Source: Lytechinus pictus
Lineage: Eukaryota
Direction of reading: 5' to 3'
DNA length: 64,000 bases
Assembly: GCF_037042905.1 (NCBI RefSeq)
Contig: NC_087251.1
Location: forward strand, 38,194,001-38,258,000
The notes below the pieces were generated by a model. The model saw nothing but the letters and a program-made list of their open reading frames with translations, searched no databases and had not been told where the DNA came from. The translations under genes were made by a program, and so were the position numbers. This document shows, piece by piece, positions 1 through 14,250 of the stretch (its first letter is position 1; every line of letters starts with the position of its first letter).

Positions 1-105
1 TTTAGGGTAGGGTATAGTGTTAAACCCAGGGTTAAAGTTGGTCATTCGATGTGTGTGTGGAATATAGAGCGGAGCAATTGTCGCCTGAGCAAATGTCATG
101 GAACC
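1..105. mobile_element. Right end of a short TU-like/foldback-family element
   Basis: Ends ggagcaattgtcgcctgagcaaatgtcatggaacc, the same terminus (tgtcatggaacc) as the element ending at 22708. Confidence 0.6.
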
Positions 106-129
106 GTGTGTCACAGCATTAATTTACTT

Positions 130-265
130 CAGCAAGATATTCATCCACATTATGTTGCACTCGACCCAGGTGAGTTAAATGGGTACCAGCAGGAAGGAAA
201 TCCTCAAGAAGTTGTGAGCATCAGGATCGGTTGCCTTTCTGCCTTGCTTGACTCTATAGTAGCCG
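130..265 (+). mobile_element. SINE body fragment
   Basis: gcactcgacccaggtgagttaaatgggtaccagcagg resembles the conserved core of deuterostome tRNA-derived SINEs; a related fragment lies near 62740-62800. Confidence 0.5.
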
Positions 266-319
266 GACTAATATAGGAGCGCCTGTATGCGCAATATAAA
301 TACCCTATGATATACTCAC

Positions 320-475
320 TGTGATAGATATCTTGTAGAGATCCACCTCCACAGTATTCCATGGCGATCCATAGCTTCTCTCTTCTCAGATAACTCCCAA
401 AATATCCCACAATATTTGGATGCCGACAGTCCTTCATCATCAAGATTTCTTGTTGGATGATCGTAAAATCATCAC
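320..475 (-). CDS. MAP4K5: MAP4K3/5-like kinase, coding exon 3 (gene continues beyond the left edge)
   Basis: Acceptor ctccag; [52 protein letters not shown]; donor gtgagt. 156 nt, phase 1 to 1. Confidence 0.95.
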
Positions 476-2528
476 CTGGAGGAGACAAAGCAGATAAAAT
501 GAGCCATGTATATTCTCTTTCAAGAGGATACAGAAAATTTCTGAGAGACACGCCCCAAACAAAAACACCAATTTGACATTTTAACATTTAGAATTTTGGA
601 CATTTCTCAAGCGCTTTATAAATAAGGAGAGCTCTGGTAGTGGTAATGGTGAATTGAAATTTGCTATTCAACATACACGTGCACTCAGTGTAAAAAGCGT
701 GACAAAATGGACTTCATTTTGGAACAGGGTAGTGGTAATGTTGAGTTAAAATCCACTGTTCAACATACATGTACCAGGTAAGTACATGTACTCCACTTTC
801 CTGCATGTATAGTGTTAAAAAATAAGTAAGTAAATGCGATGAAATGGACTTAATTTTGCAATAGGGCCTACAGGTGTATCTGTATTCCGTGTCCATACAT
901 ATCATTAACTATTTATTTTGGTAAATTATGTCATAAATCAATGACATTATTTTCTATAATCAATGGCATGATTTTCATTCAATGTTATTAGTAAACATGA
1001 TTTTGATCAAACTTATTCAGTCAAGCTGTAATGTTTTACTACCAAAGTCTTAAGTTTTAAACAAACAAATACAAAGTAGGCCTACATATATATATGCAGT
1101 TTATGATGTAGGTCTACATGTACATGTCCTTTCATATATTATACTGCTTTGATAGATTTTATTTTGAACAGCTACCATTAAATTCCACATGTGTATTTAT
1201 AGTAATCCTTTAAAACAAATCACTGTTTAATACTTGTATTTCATTGATCAAAATATGCATGTACATGTATATTTCAAAAACTTGGTATGTATGCTACAAA
1301 ACAGATCTGTAAACACAATTCTCTGTTTACTTTTATAGACATAACACACTTTTGTAAACAATGTCTGCAATGATAACGGTGTCATATACCATAACTCAAT
1401 CTTTTCATTTCAAAATATTATCTCTGCCAATATAGCTACGTCAGTTTTCATTCCACAAATACCTCCCTGTCCTTCCCCGTGAACAATCTAATTTGCCAAA
1501 ATGCTTTTCATGTGTACTTTCACCCCACTATCCCTCAATGCATCCACTCCTGCACGCAGGCATCAACGCCAAGCAGCCGAGGCCCGACTGCCCCATTAGG
1601 CCTACATGATAAAGGACCATCACTGTATTGAACACAGACACATAAATAGGTGGTGTAACATTGAATTGGCAATGTAATGAAATGGATTTGGGCACGGGAG
1701 ACAAGCTCAGCCTGCTGTCTATTCAGTAACGTTGCCCTGGCATACTTATTTCCTTCTTCCCCATCCCTCTCTCTCTCTCTACATGTAATATTCCCATGGC
1801 TGACTGCTGTAAATCTCCGCAAACATCCAAGGAATGCTCATGCGTGCAGGAGAAGAGAAAGAAACAAGCCTACGACTTTATTACAGTATATACATGTATG
1901 ACTGCCTCATGATCATTTCATTACCTTTAGCTTGCTTTTGAACAGGCTACTGTATCATGGATGGTCATATTAATTAATATGTACATTACATGAGCTATAC
2001 CAGGGAGGTGTTTCATACATGTACATGTAGGCCTACAAGCCTACATGTAAAGCTGTCTGTACATTTATATTACACATGATGCTACGCATAACTTTATGCA
2101 CGATTCTAAGCATGACTGGAACATGTTCTCTGGTGCCAAATCAGATCCGATCTTAGATTTAAATGCATCAACATACTGAAAAGAAGCATCTGAAGGCAAT
2201 GTTTCTTACGTCAAAATTTGAACTTGCTTGGTGGAAGTCCCGGCCCAATTAAAACACTGGGGAAATTTTTGGTATCTCATTTAAATGTGTACATGTAGCA
2301 CAAGAAAAGATAACCAGTTATGGTTACGGTCATAACTACTTTATGATCAGCCTTTAATACAAAATGACCCGAGGCTTAGATCTTTTCCTTGGCCAAAGAA
2401 GAGAACTTTAGTATGAATTAGACCTTATCGACAACGGTTTGAAGTTGGACAACTGGAAACCTCAGTTGCTTAAATTACAAACTGCAGGTATAGAATACAT
2501 GTACATGTATTAGAACATTTTCTCTTAA

Positions 2529-3180
2529 AGGTCAAGTCCACCCCGAAAAATGTTGATTTGAATAGAGAAAAATCTAGCATAACGCTAAAAATTTCATCAA
2601 AATCGGACGTAAAATAAGAAAGTTATGACATTTTAAAGTTTTGCTTTTTTTTCACAAAACAGTGATATGCACAGTTCAGTGACATGCAAAATGAGATAGT
2701 CGATGATGTCCTTCACTCACTATTTCTTTTGTTTTTCATTGTTTGAGTTATATATTTCATTTTATACATATTTGACAATAGGCGGTGCTGCACCATCCTG
2801 AGTTCGCTCAATCTCGAGATTTTAGCCCGATCGGCCCTGATCGCGATTTATCTCGAGATTCAAGAAACCCCGTCTCCACCATCGCAAGAAGAGCAATTCC
2901 TGCTCGAGCAAGGCATCGATGCACGATGGTCTGACGCCGTGAATAAATAATCCAGAGTGCGTCTACACCTGCGAATTAGAGGGATAATTTATAAAATAGC
3001 GCGCTATTTTGCAAAATCCCAAGTTGACTTGGGATTGCAATCTCGAGATTAATCCTACGAACTAGCGCGATAATTGCGTCTCCAAAAGATGTGCATATAA
3101 CTGTTTTGTGAAATTAAGCCAAACTTTAAAATGTCGTAACTTTCTTATTTTACAACCGATTTTCATGAAATTTTCAGTAC
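2529..3180. mobile_element. Truncated TTAA-flanked MITE (Kolobok-like) with an unrelated nested insert near 2781-3082
   Basis: Begins ttaa|aggtcaagtccacccc; homologous to the element at 16917-23112. Confidence 0.6.
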
Positions 3181-3813
3181 AAGGTTAACTGTTACTGTTT
3201 GTAGATCTACAGTGTACATGAAGATTTAGTAAATAAAAACCCAACTAAATGAAATTCACTGCTTAATTTTACAAGGATGCATTCTTTACTTCACCGACGA
3301 AAAAAATCAGTGCATCCTTTGCTTCCCTAGTAAATTCAAAGTGTGATTTTGAGCTGTTACAGGAGTACAGCAGGGCACGGGCACAAGCTTTTAATTTTCT
3401 TTTAACAGTGCAGTGCAGGTTTGGAGAAGTTACCAGCTTAAAAGTTCAATGGGGAAGTTTTCACCTGTGCCTTCCATACTTCCCCTTTCACCACCTTTCA
3501 CTGCCTTTCCCCCACTCAATGGAAAAATGTTCACTCGCGAAAAAGTGAGTAAACCGAAGGTTGCCAACATGTGGGAATATAGGCCTATATAATTATTGCT
3601 TACAAAAAAGATTTGTCACCCATGGCAAGTCGTTCTTGCTTTACCCACAATTATAATCACCATGCATAATGTACATTGTAGATGCATATAATTTAGAACT
3701 TGAAAATTCTTGACACGTTGGATAAAATCACCTGAAATACATATACAGCAACTCTTTATAAAAAAAAGTGACCGATTGTACTGTTGAAGAGACACTACAT
3801 GTAATTATATTAA

Positions 3814-4415
3814 TGGGATACTCCACGCTGAAAATAAAATGATTTGAACAAATTAAGAAAAATCAGAGAAACAAAACACTGAAAATTTGATCAAAATCGG
3901 ACAAGGAATAACAAAGTTATGGCATTTCAAAGATTTGCATTATTTCGGTGATACATTTCTAGGCATGTTTTCATGAATATTCAATGAGCAAACTGATGTC
4001 ATATCCCCACTTGTTCTTTTGCATTTTATTACATGAAATTAGGTTTGTTCAATTTTTTTCCTTCAAGAACCATAAATATTGGAATAACAACTGATTATTG
4101 TGCATAAGATATTCATTTTGCTGCAACTTCTTTCATTATATGGGAGACATATCATTCACACATGTATGAAAAATGAAACAATCATGATTTCATGTAATAA
4201 CATAAGAAAAAGAAAATGGGAGATGTGACATCATCAACCCATATAATGAATATTCATGACAATGTGCATATAACTGTTTTCACAATATATTGCTAATCTT
4301 TAAATTCAATTACTTTGTTATTTGTTATCAGATTTTGATAAAATTTTCAGCATTTTTCTCTGTTAATTTTGCTCAATTTACTTAGATATAAATATTTTCA
4401 GCCCGGAACATCCCT
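3814..4415. mobile_element. TTAA-flanked MITE (Kolobok-like)
   Basis: ttaa|tgggatactcc...ggaacatccct|ttaa with long imperfect inverted arms; a relative lies at 31907-33502. Confidence 0.7.
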
Positions 4416-6478
4416 TTAACTTCATTTTGAGCAAGTGCCATTTTCCAGATCATCCGACCCATTTAATACGCTTTGGTCTTGATCTACATTTAATGGAGAC
4501 GTGGACATTTGAGACAAACTTGCCTTGGATGTCGCAATGACCTACATGAAAGTAGAAAGGTCATATGGGCTAATGAAACGAGCATAGTTTCAATTGAGTC
4601 TGGATACAATTTTCTAATGGAAGTGTTTTTTCCTGTTCATATCTGGAATGAGTCCTATAAAAATAGACCTCCCAACCACAACTTAAAACGAAACGAACAA
4701 GCCAATACATTGAAAATGGAGCAGAGCTTTCACTGCACCATTTGATGTCAACGGGCTGTCAGTGACTGCAGTAGTTTTATAGAGATCATAATTTCATTGT
4801 AGTTCCTGTTGGAAATTAGCAATATTACTTTCACAAGGATGCCTCGAGGCGTTCTAAATTTGTATCCAAGACTAAATGTTCAGTCTGAATTAACAACAGG
4901 AAATTTGGAATTTAACAGCCTTATTTGATAGCAATGATACAAATCCACCATCAATTCCTGTAGATTTGCTGTTAAAGGCAGTTTATACATTTCATATACC
5001 TTAAGATTTGATTTTGTAACATTATTCAATCTCGTTGCATAATACAACTTTAATAAAATCAATTCACACATGACTAAGAATAATATTGATTTCATAAATT
5101 CTCCTTTTACATGATAGGCCCTACAATGTAATTACCAGTATGTACATCTTCAGAACAGAAAGTTCCTGTGAATGATCAATGATCAATATTTACTAAACAA
5201 TATTATACACCTGTAGATAAATTCATCACTTCACAAAAAAATAAAATATAAGTAATGCAGGCTTATGTATGCACTCTACAAGCAGATTAAAATTTATACG
5301 TACTTGTACTGCAAGATCTAAAATACAGTGTGTCCTACAAAAAAGGAGACCGGGATACCCAGGTCTTTTTTCTTCAAAGGCAAATTAATTATGATATTTC
5401 ATTTACATAATCATGTACATGTATAATTCAATTATTCCTCTTTATTTTGATACCTTATATGAGACAAACACTTCACCCATTATTGAGCAAGACGAGTTTG
5501 AAATTTTAGTGTCGAAACCAGGTTGCGTAAAAAATTCGACATTATTGGCTCGAGATATGACGACCGTGCTTATTCGACGATTTATGGTGAAATCCATCTC
5601 ATGAAGGGGTCTCCTTTTGGGGGGGACGTACTGTATATATAGTACAATTAAATTATCAACAACTTTTGTAAGATTAATTCAAAATCACTTTTGACCTATA
5701 GCTTGTTGTGCTATAAAGCATGAACTCTTTGACCTTTGACCTTTTAACCCCAAAATCAGAACAGATCATTATCACTGGCATATGCCTTATTAACAAGCAA
5801 AGTTTGAATTTGATAATAAGGAAAACAATTAGCAAAATTTCTTCATGGCTGAAATCACATACACTTGGTAAACTGTATCTGATCCGAGAGGTTTCGAATT
5901 CAATAATGATAATGGGCTATTTTCCCTTTGTTATATGGACTGTAGGATACTAAGCTGTCATGGAGGCCTGTAAATGCTGTCCTACCCCCCCCCCCCCCCC
6001 CCCGGGACAAAAAAATTGACCATAAATGCCCATTTCCCATCTTACACCAACAAAATGTGGGCCAGACATAAGGTGGCTGAAGTCCACCCAAAGCCAACCT
6101 ACAAGTATTAAACTCTGGTGGGAAAGGGTAAATAACTTTTGGCCAGCCAAAATCTTGGTATATGAAAGAGGCACATGGTAGATTTTGGCCAGCAATAACC
6201 TTCATTTACACAGGTCTACATGTACATTAGATGGGAAAGGAGTACATAAAGTGCCCAAACTACCAAGTGCACCAGCACCCAGTCTGCATAGATTTTCTTG
6301 CACAGTGTGTACACAAGAAAACACATGAAACAACCTCACTGGTTGCTGTGTTTCCTTGGTCCCATTGGTAGAGTTCAGGACTTCCTTTTTTATTTGAGTG
6401 TTCTGTCATCTACTTTGATATACAAGGTACTATAGGAGAGCACATCCTACATGTTATGAGTGTGTGTAGGCTACTTAC

Positions 6479-6536
6479 CTGGCTCTATCTTGATAACCTT
6501 GATGGCAGACAGAGTTCCAGTTTGAGTCATCCGAGC
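6479..6536 (-). CDS. MAP4K5: MAP4K3/5-like kinase, coding exon 2
   Basis: Acceptor tttctag; ARMTQTGTLSAIKVIKIEP-G (catalytic Lys in AIK); donor gtaagt. 58 nt, phase 0 to 1. Confidence 0.92.
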
Positions 6537-7768
6537 CTAGAAATAGTATTTAAAAAATGTAAGAATTACAATCAATTCTCTTTTTTTCTTAATGAAAGTT
6601 GTATTAGATATAAGCCCAGATCATGAATAATATTAAAAACTAAAAAAAAATTCGAGTATACTCCACTAGACAAGAATTCTCCCACTTTGCTCAATCCAGA
6701 TGTATTAAAATATATGACAAGCTGTGACCTTTGACCTGCAGACTCTAAATTTGAACTTGACCTGTATCTAGTATCAAAATGACACTTATGTTATCACCAT
6801 GGAATCATACATACATATAATGAGCTGTGACTTTTTACCTGCAGACTCTGAGCCTTAACTCAGCAAATAAAGAGAATAGCTTTCCTAAAAGGAAAATAGA
6901 GAAAAATCTTAAAGAATCTAATTTAATCAAAATTTTACCTGCATATCAGTGCCATCTAAATAACCAGAATCTGTCCCAACACTGAATTGAATTACATCAA
7001 ACTAAATTAAATTAACCATGTAGAATCAAATTTGAATACATTTTGACCTCTGACCTTTGAGCTCTGACATGCAGGCCCAGCCCGGTACTCAAAAATTTTA
7101 ACGTTGACAGTACTTACGCATCAAATTGAAAATCTGTCTTACATTTTGAAGTCATCATGCAAAAACAAATTAAAATGTAATGAGCTCTGACTTCTGATCT
7201 GCAGACATGGAATTTAAACTTGATACAATTGATCTCAATGCATACCCGTACTTATAGTACACGCATCATCTAATACATGTACATGTACATCATCTACTGT
7301 ACTACAGAGAATCAGTTCTCACTTCATTAATTACTTCCATAAATCATTCACATTTCTCATAAAAACGGAGACTTATACATGTATTCTAACTGATAAACGT
7401 GGATTATTTTAATCAGAAAGCAACTTTAATACATGGGGGCCCTAGTAAATGATAAAAGTTAACACTTTTGACAGGTGACTACGAATTGGGAATGGGGCTG
7501 AACCAACAAAGAGGGAAATCAAAAGTTTCCTCTTTCTGTCTCCATATAATCTCCCACTCCCTTGCAGAGCCATGTGTGCTATCCTTCCAAGGTCTCTGCC
7601 ACTTTGTTCCTGTCTTGTCTGACTCTGAAGTATGGCCTCATATATACTGCATGCAGCATGTCTTCTCATATGGATCAGCAAGCTGGTAGCCAGTACCGGT
7701 AACTGTACTGTGTACATGTACATGTACCTACATGTAGTTTCATTGAAATCCATTTGCAGATATATATA

Positions 7769-10700
7769 TAGTCCAGTCAATCTAGCCAGAATAGGGGGGT
7801 AACCCACCACTAATTGCAACACGAGATATTCCACTGAAATGCTTTCCAGGAAGGTCCCCTAAACAACATACTAAAAGTCCCAAGAAATCCAAGCAGTGGA
7901 AATTTATGAAATTTGCATATATGCAAATTAGCCATGAAAAATTAGAAAAAGAAGGGAAATAATCCAAAGATTACTAATTAAATGTTCAAAATAATTTGAT
8001 TTGAATGGAAATTCATGATAAATAACTGAATTCAATGTTTTCAATCAAAGGTGCAAAAATTTCTACCTCATTTGCATATTATGCAAATAAGCATCCTTAT
8101 ATGGAAAAAATGTCAAGATATTGTGATTTTTCTCATATAGACTGCTTGAAAACATTTCATTAATGTTGACATTAATATGCTACTATATCACTAAGCATGA
8201 GAATTCATCCCAATGCCTGAAAATTAATTAGCATATTATGCAAATTAGCCATTATAAAAAATAGAAAATGAGGAAATTAATCCAAAGATTACAAATTAAA
8301 TGTCCACAGCAAGTAATTTTGAACATGATGAATAAATAAGTTCAATGTCTTTATTTTAAAAAGCTAGCAAATCTGCCTCATTTGCATATTATGCAAATAA
8401 GTATCCTTATATGGAAAATGTCAAGAAATTTATATTCTTATCACATTGACTGCAGTGAAAACATTTAAGTTTTTCAAATTAATATGCTGCTATCACTAAG
8501 CATTCAAATCTATCCTAATATGATTTATATTCAAGGAAAAATACTGGAAATAGTCCTTCGCTTCCTAAGCGTCAGTCTGACAAGATGATGGGATTGGCAA
8601 GAACAAAGCACAGTATTTGAATTGGTGTGTAGTTTGTTAGAGTTGACAACCCTTTCTTATATGGAAGGGAACGACTTAGACTTTCTTGAAATTTCACCGC
8701 ATAAACATGATAAAGGGAGGCCAGGAAAAGCAAACTTATGGCAGGTAAGATCTGATGAGTAGTCTCATTAAGAAGTGCAGCAGAGATTCCGTCTGGCCTA
8801 GTAGCTTCATGCAGGTTGTTTTCTTTAACAATTTCTTCAGTAGTCTAGCTACACCTGCTTGACTAAACAATATGTTATCTGGCCATATCTGGGTCAGGAC
8901 TGGGTCCCAGGACTTCAGCGTCATCATCATCATGATCAGTGGTGAATACTAAGACTAAAAATCTTTGCCTTCCTTTAATAATGATATTCCAATGTAGTCA
9001 TAGCTATTGATATTAAGGGCTCCCAACATGCTAATTGTTACAGCCTGGATCATTGTCAATCCGGTCAACAAATGATGTATTATATAGGCTTGTCTACAAA
9101 CCCTCTTATGGTCCTCTTTAATGCATTGTAGCAATTCTGAGCTTTACCTTACTGATGCTTTTGGAGCTCTAAAATGTGCAAGCCTTCCTAGCCTTTCTCT
9201 AAAACTCTTGACATCTTCCGACACAACTTATGTCCATTCTCTCATTGAGGCAACTTGTGTCGGAAGAAGACATGGTTAACGGTGTGTTCTTGTTAAAGTC
9301 CTCTTGATTGGCATTCAGTCTCCTATGCTCGACTTGTCGGATTTCAGTACAGAGAGTTGTATGATTGTCCAAAGTACATCTGCATGACACTATTAAAGTC
9401 AGTATTCCTCCAGAAGAACATCCTTAGTCGTACCATAAAATGTTTATTCCTCTGGATAACCTCACAGTATACCCATGAGTAGCACATTGTAGCAAATAAA
9501 TCTTGGAAGTGGTACACACTGTCTAATCAATGTTGGATGGTATTTGATTGTGATGTTAAGGATGTTCCATTATGTTGTGTCCTCTTTTTGGAAAGGCAAT
9601 AATCTGGCTTAGTTCTCCATCTGGTTTGTTCATTGTCTCACTGAGGAATTTCTGTTTACCATAAATATCAGGAAATTAATATTATTATTTGCATACGACT
9701 TACTTAGAAACTATAGCTTCAATATTTGGAGATGGTTGCCATAGGAGATTTATCAAAGAGGAGAGAACAGAAAATTGATGCTTCATCATGAAGCAGCAAC
9801 TGGATTCAGCAAGAACGTCTAATTACGATTCCTGTATCTGAGAAAGATGCCTATAATGCACTTTAAGCCTTCATCATGAATTTATGAATGGCTTTCATGT
9901 CGCTCGTATAGGCAAATGCCCATTGTTACTCTTATTAAGCATGCCCAGAGATCTTGTGATCCAAGCAAGTACTCATATTCACCACCAAGACAAGTGATGA
10001 TGATGATGATGATGATGGGTTCTTGTAAAGCGTCGGTATCCGCCTCAGCTGGGCGCTCATGGCGCTTGCTCAAAAATAGGAATATCTCACAAATTTCAAT
10101 GTCTTCAAACAGTGCTTAGGATCATCATTCAGTTCAAGTACTGTCCTAGTAATGCTACAATTGAGTTATACTTGTCTTGTGATAATGTTGGAGTGGGGAA
10201 CAGAAAGGTCTTCAGGTAAGACTCAAAAGTTGATTGGGTCTCTGCTCTCCTGATAAATTGGGGAAGGCTATTCCACAGCTTTGGTCCAGAGATGTAGAAG
10301 GCTCTGTCACCCCAGGTTGTGTGGCTGAGAGATTCCCTCAGCAATGCATGAGCTGCTGATCTGAGACTGCGTGTTGGTCTATGCTGAGATAAGAGCTCTG
10401 AGATGTAGGGTGGAGATTTATCGTTAAGCGCTTTAAATACAAGGACCCCAAGTTTATAAGCTAATTGGTGTGCTACAAGGACCAAATATTCGAAGCTAAT
10501 GGGCTTTTATTTGTACGGGTGTGACATCTTGTGCTGATCACTTGGCAATCCAGGAGTTGCTAGCGTGGACTATACTCGCAAGAAACGCAAAGTCTCTATA
10601 CAAAGTCAAGAAGAGAGCAAGACTTGGATGGAAATAATGAAGCATTCAAGCAGTGGGATCCATGTAGAATGGACTCATCATTGTACAATATGAGTGGGGT

Positions 10701-11810
10701 AACTGCTCGTGACAAAACTCAATATCAACCAAGCAAGGAGTGTAGGGAAGGTCATCATGGTTAATACACATAATCTACATGGAATTTTAGAGGAAAGTAT
10801 CACTTATGTGTTTCCTTGAATATTTATAACATGTCGGATGCTTATTTGCATAATATGTAAATTACACTTCAGATATTAAACTGATTATTAATGTATTTGC
10901 CATTCTTAGTGATCAAATCATATTGATCTAGACTGAAATGTTTTCATAACTGTTTTTGTGAGAAAATCAAAATTTCTGGATTTTTCCATATAACGATGCT
11001 CATATATATGCAAATGAGGTAGATTTATTTACGATTTTTTATTTAAAACATAAATAAATTTGTAAAGCTTGTCATGGGCTTCAGTTCAATTCGTATTGAT
11101 TGCACTTGATTTCCAATATTTGGATTATTTTCCTTATTTGTAATTTATTATGGCTAATTTAAATTTTGTGATTTTCCCATATGCTTGTATATTTAAGGAC
11201 TTTTAATACGGTGTTTAGGAAACCTTCCTGTAAGGTATTGCCATATTCCAATTTCAATAGATAATCTACTTGCAATTTTTGAGGGATGTATCACCAGTGT
11301 GTTTTCTTGAATATTTATAACATGTTAGATACTTTTATTTGCATAATATGCAAATTGCACTACAGACACTAAGCTGAATACAAATATATTCAACGTCCTT
11401 AGTGATAGCAGCATGTAAATTTCAACATTAGTGAAATTTTCAAGCAGATAATGAGAGAAAAATCACAATACCTACACATTTTTCCATATAAGGATGCTTA
11501 TTTGCATATTATGCAAATGAGGTAGATTTTTTTGCACTTTTGACAAAATACATTGAATACAGTTATTTATCATGAATTTTCGCTCAAATTGAATTGTTTT
11601 GGACACTCAATTTGTAATATTTGGGTTATTTTCCTTATTTTTTTTACTTTTTATGGCTAATTTGCATAAAATGCAAATTTCATAAATTTCCACTGCTTGG
11701 ATTTCTTGGGACTTTTAGTATGTTGTTTAGGGGACCTTCCTTGAAAGCATTGCAGTGGAATATCTCGTGTTGCAATTAGTGGTGGGTCAAACCCTATATT
11801 GACTGGACTA
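7769..11810. mobile_element. Non-autonomous long-TIR DNA transposon, Academ-like, in MAP4K intron 1
   Basis: Termini tagtccagtcaat...attgactggacta; inverted arms of several hundred bp with internal subrepeats; 3-bp TSD ATA (7766-68 and 11811-13). TAG ends with a 3-4 bp TSD fit Academ. Confidence 0.75.
9995..10540 (-). mobile_element. L2/CR1-clade LINE 3' fragment nested in the Academ-like element
   Basis: YKLGVLVFKALND..PPYISELL...RSLRS...GDRAF...GPKLWNSLP..IR...F...LKTFLF is the typical L2 ORF2 C-terminus, followed by a (CAT)n tail. Confidence 0.85.
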
Positions 11811-13225
11811 ATAGGCCTACACTACAGTGTACATCTGTACATTATCAAGTTAATTTTATTTCTGTTTCTAAAAGGAAACATGAAAAAAATCCGAACATTG
11901 AATGAACATGTATGGGTAAAAATCTGTACCTTAAAAAAAAAAAAACTTAAATTTCCTTATTTTACCTTTAGATTAAAAATTCATAACGTCATAGTTTGAT
12001 CTGTAAAAGGAATCTTTCGAAGCTGTGTTTTGTTAGATTCATTTTTATAAAAGTTGGTTTTAATGCAAAACTGTTGAATTTTGTGAATATAATCTTATAC
12101 CTCTCAAACCTATCATGTGACATATGAATATTAATGAGTATGCAATTAGCTGTCAATATACCAGTGTATAGAGTCAATCAGATGACAATAAAATCAAATT
12201 ATTTCATGGAAAATACATTGTATTATTACAATGAGTGAATAAATATTGATAAAAATATGTTACGAAATAATTTTGGCTCTGATTTTGTTTGAGAAATAAA
12301 AGTGAAATTCAAGCTAACTTTTTGAATTACTAACTGTACATGTACTTTTTCAACCTTATTAATAAATTTTGAAACTTGATTATAAATAATTACTATTATA
12401 ATAATAATTATCTATAATCAAGGTTCAAATTTTATTTGTTGTTAAATAATAATTTCTATCTATAAATTGTTCTTCAAAACGGCATTTTGTAACATCCCTT
12501 ATCGAAGCTACGTCATAACGAAGCGGTTCAAGGGTCAAGCCTATTGTATTTGTGATGTTTACGAATGAATCGAGGGCTCTACATGAGATCGTTGTGGTAA
12601 AAACTTCTAATTTTTCATATTTATACTAACACTTTTTTCGTACCTTCATACGCATTAGGCGTATGAAGGTGTGTAGATAAATAAAATCCAAAAATTTTTG
12701 GTAATTTATAGCTTTCATTATGGATTTCCGAGGGAAATCCATCTGTGTTTATATGTCCCGCTTAGGCAAGTATGGGGAGGGTTGCAAGGCTCTGTGATGA
12801 AAAGTATATGTAAAAATATTTTTGAATATCATCACAGAGTCCTCAAGGCTATTTCAAGATATTTTTTTGCATGCATTTCTATTGGGGAACATGCAAATTG
12901 CAATTCAAGAAGTGCCAGACGTTTAGGTCTAACTTTACTTTCATTTCGCCTTTCGGAGAGTAACCTCAATGACTAGATCTAGTAGTATACCCAGTTAATT
13001 GTTATGTGTCCCGACGATCAATTTTAGAAAGTCATTTGGGAAAACTTACAAGCGAAGTTTCATAAAATTCTAGTACAAAATGTGAGGAAATATTATAGAG
13101 AACAAAATAGATGATTACAACTATTGAATTCATATTTTTAGTGTAATCCAAAGACAAATAAGAAGGCTTCAAAAATATAAAGTGTCCGGACACCCGACCC
13201 CCCATTATACTAGTATAAAGGCAAG

Positions 13226-13675
13226 TTCCCCCAAGTCTGCGCAGTCCTCCTTGTCTGCGCACATGCATATCTGCGCGATTCTAGTTAAAGAAGATCTGCA
13301 ACGAACAAAGACTTTACACCTGCAATACATAGACAGATATTCATTTTAAAAATCCGACTCAAAATGGTGGAAAAATAATGAATTTTGGGCATTTCATGAC
13401 GACCTCAAAATGCAGCCTTTTTCATCAAAATCCCAAAATCGTGTGCAAAGTGAATGTGTGCGCAGACATGGGGTACCTTTTTTTTTCAATCTGAAAATGA
13501 CTGCCCAAGATTTTTTCCAAGAAAATCCTATATTTCTTTCAAATTTGTATGAGATATTTGTTACACTTACTTTTAAATAATATAAGGAACATTATTATCT
13601 GAAAGACTTTGTGAAATAAAAAGAAACTTATATTAAATCTTAACTCGAATTGTTAGGTGCGCAGACTTGGGGACC
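13226..13675. mobile_element. MITE
   Basis: Terminal inverted repeats ccccaagtctgcgca / tgcgcagacttgggg. Confidence 0.55.
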
Positions 13676-14250
13676 ACCATCATAACAATATTATTGTCAA
13701 TAACAATGACAACAATATTATTGTCAATATCAAATAATATTCAATAATATTTATTGTTAATATTATTACTAATATTAATATTATAAATATTATAATTATT
13801 ATTATAATTATTATCATCATTATCATTAATATTAATATTATTGTTAATATTATTGTTAATATTAATTGTCGATGTTGTCAGACCTCATTTTTTTTTTAGT
13901 TTACTTTCTTACTCTTTATCTTTCTTTTTTTAGTTAGGCTTAGCGAATGATTTTCAGAATTTCACTTTCCCTGCCTCTCCACACTCCACTGAGACTGAGT
14001 CCACATTCAGGCGCCACAGAACTGTTTTAAAAGTGGGGCAGGGGAGCTGACCATGTAAAAACAAATACAAATAGGTGCTCATTTCATGCAATCAAAATAC
14101 TGTCACGGAATAGTGACGTCCCCGTTGGCTTTGTGTGCACAAGAATTGCCTGCACCGTCAATGGTATTGGCCTCATGTGTGCCCCATCCCACATCCTCCA
14201 CCTCACATCACATCACACTACACACAGCTCCATAATTCACGGTTTCTCAC

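Noticed and set aside
1..40. Telomere-like tttagggtagggt
   Set aside because: Not a TTAGGG array; it is internal sequence of the small element ending at 105.
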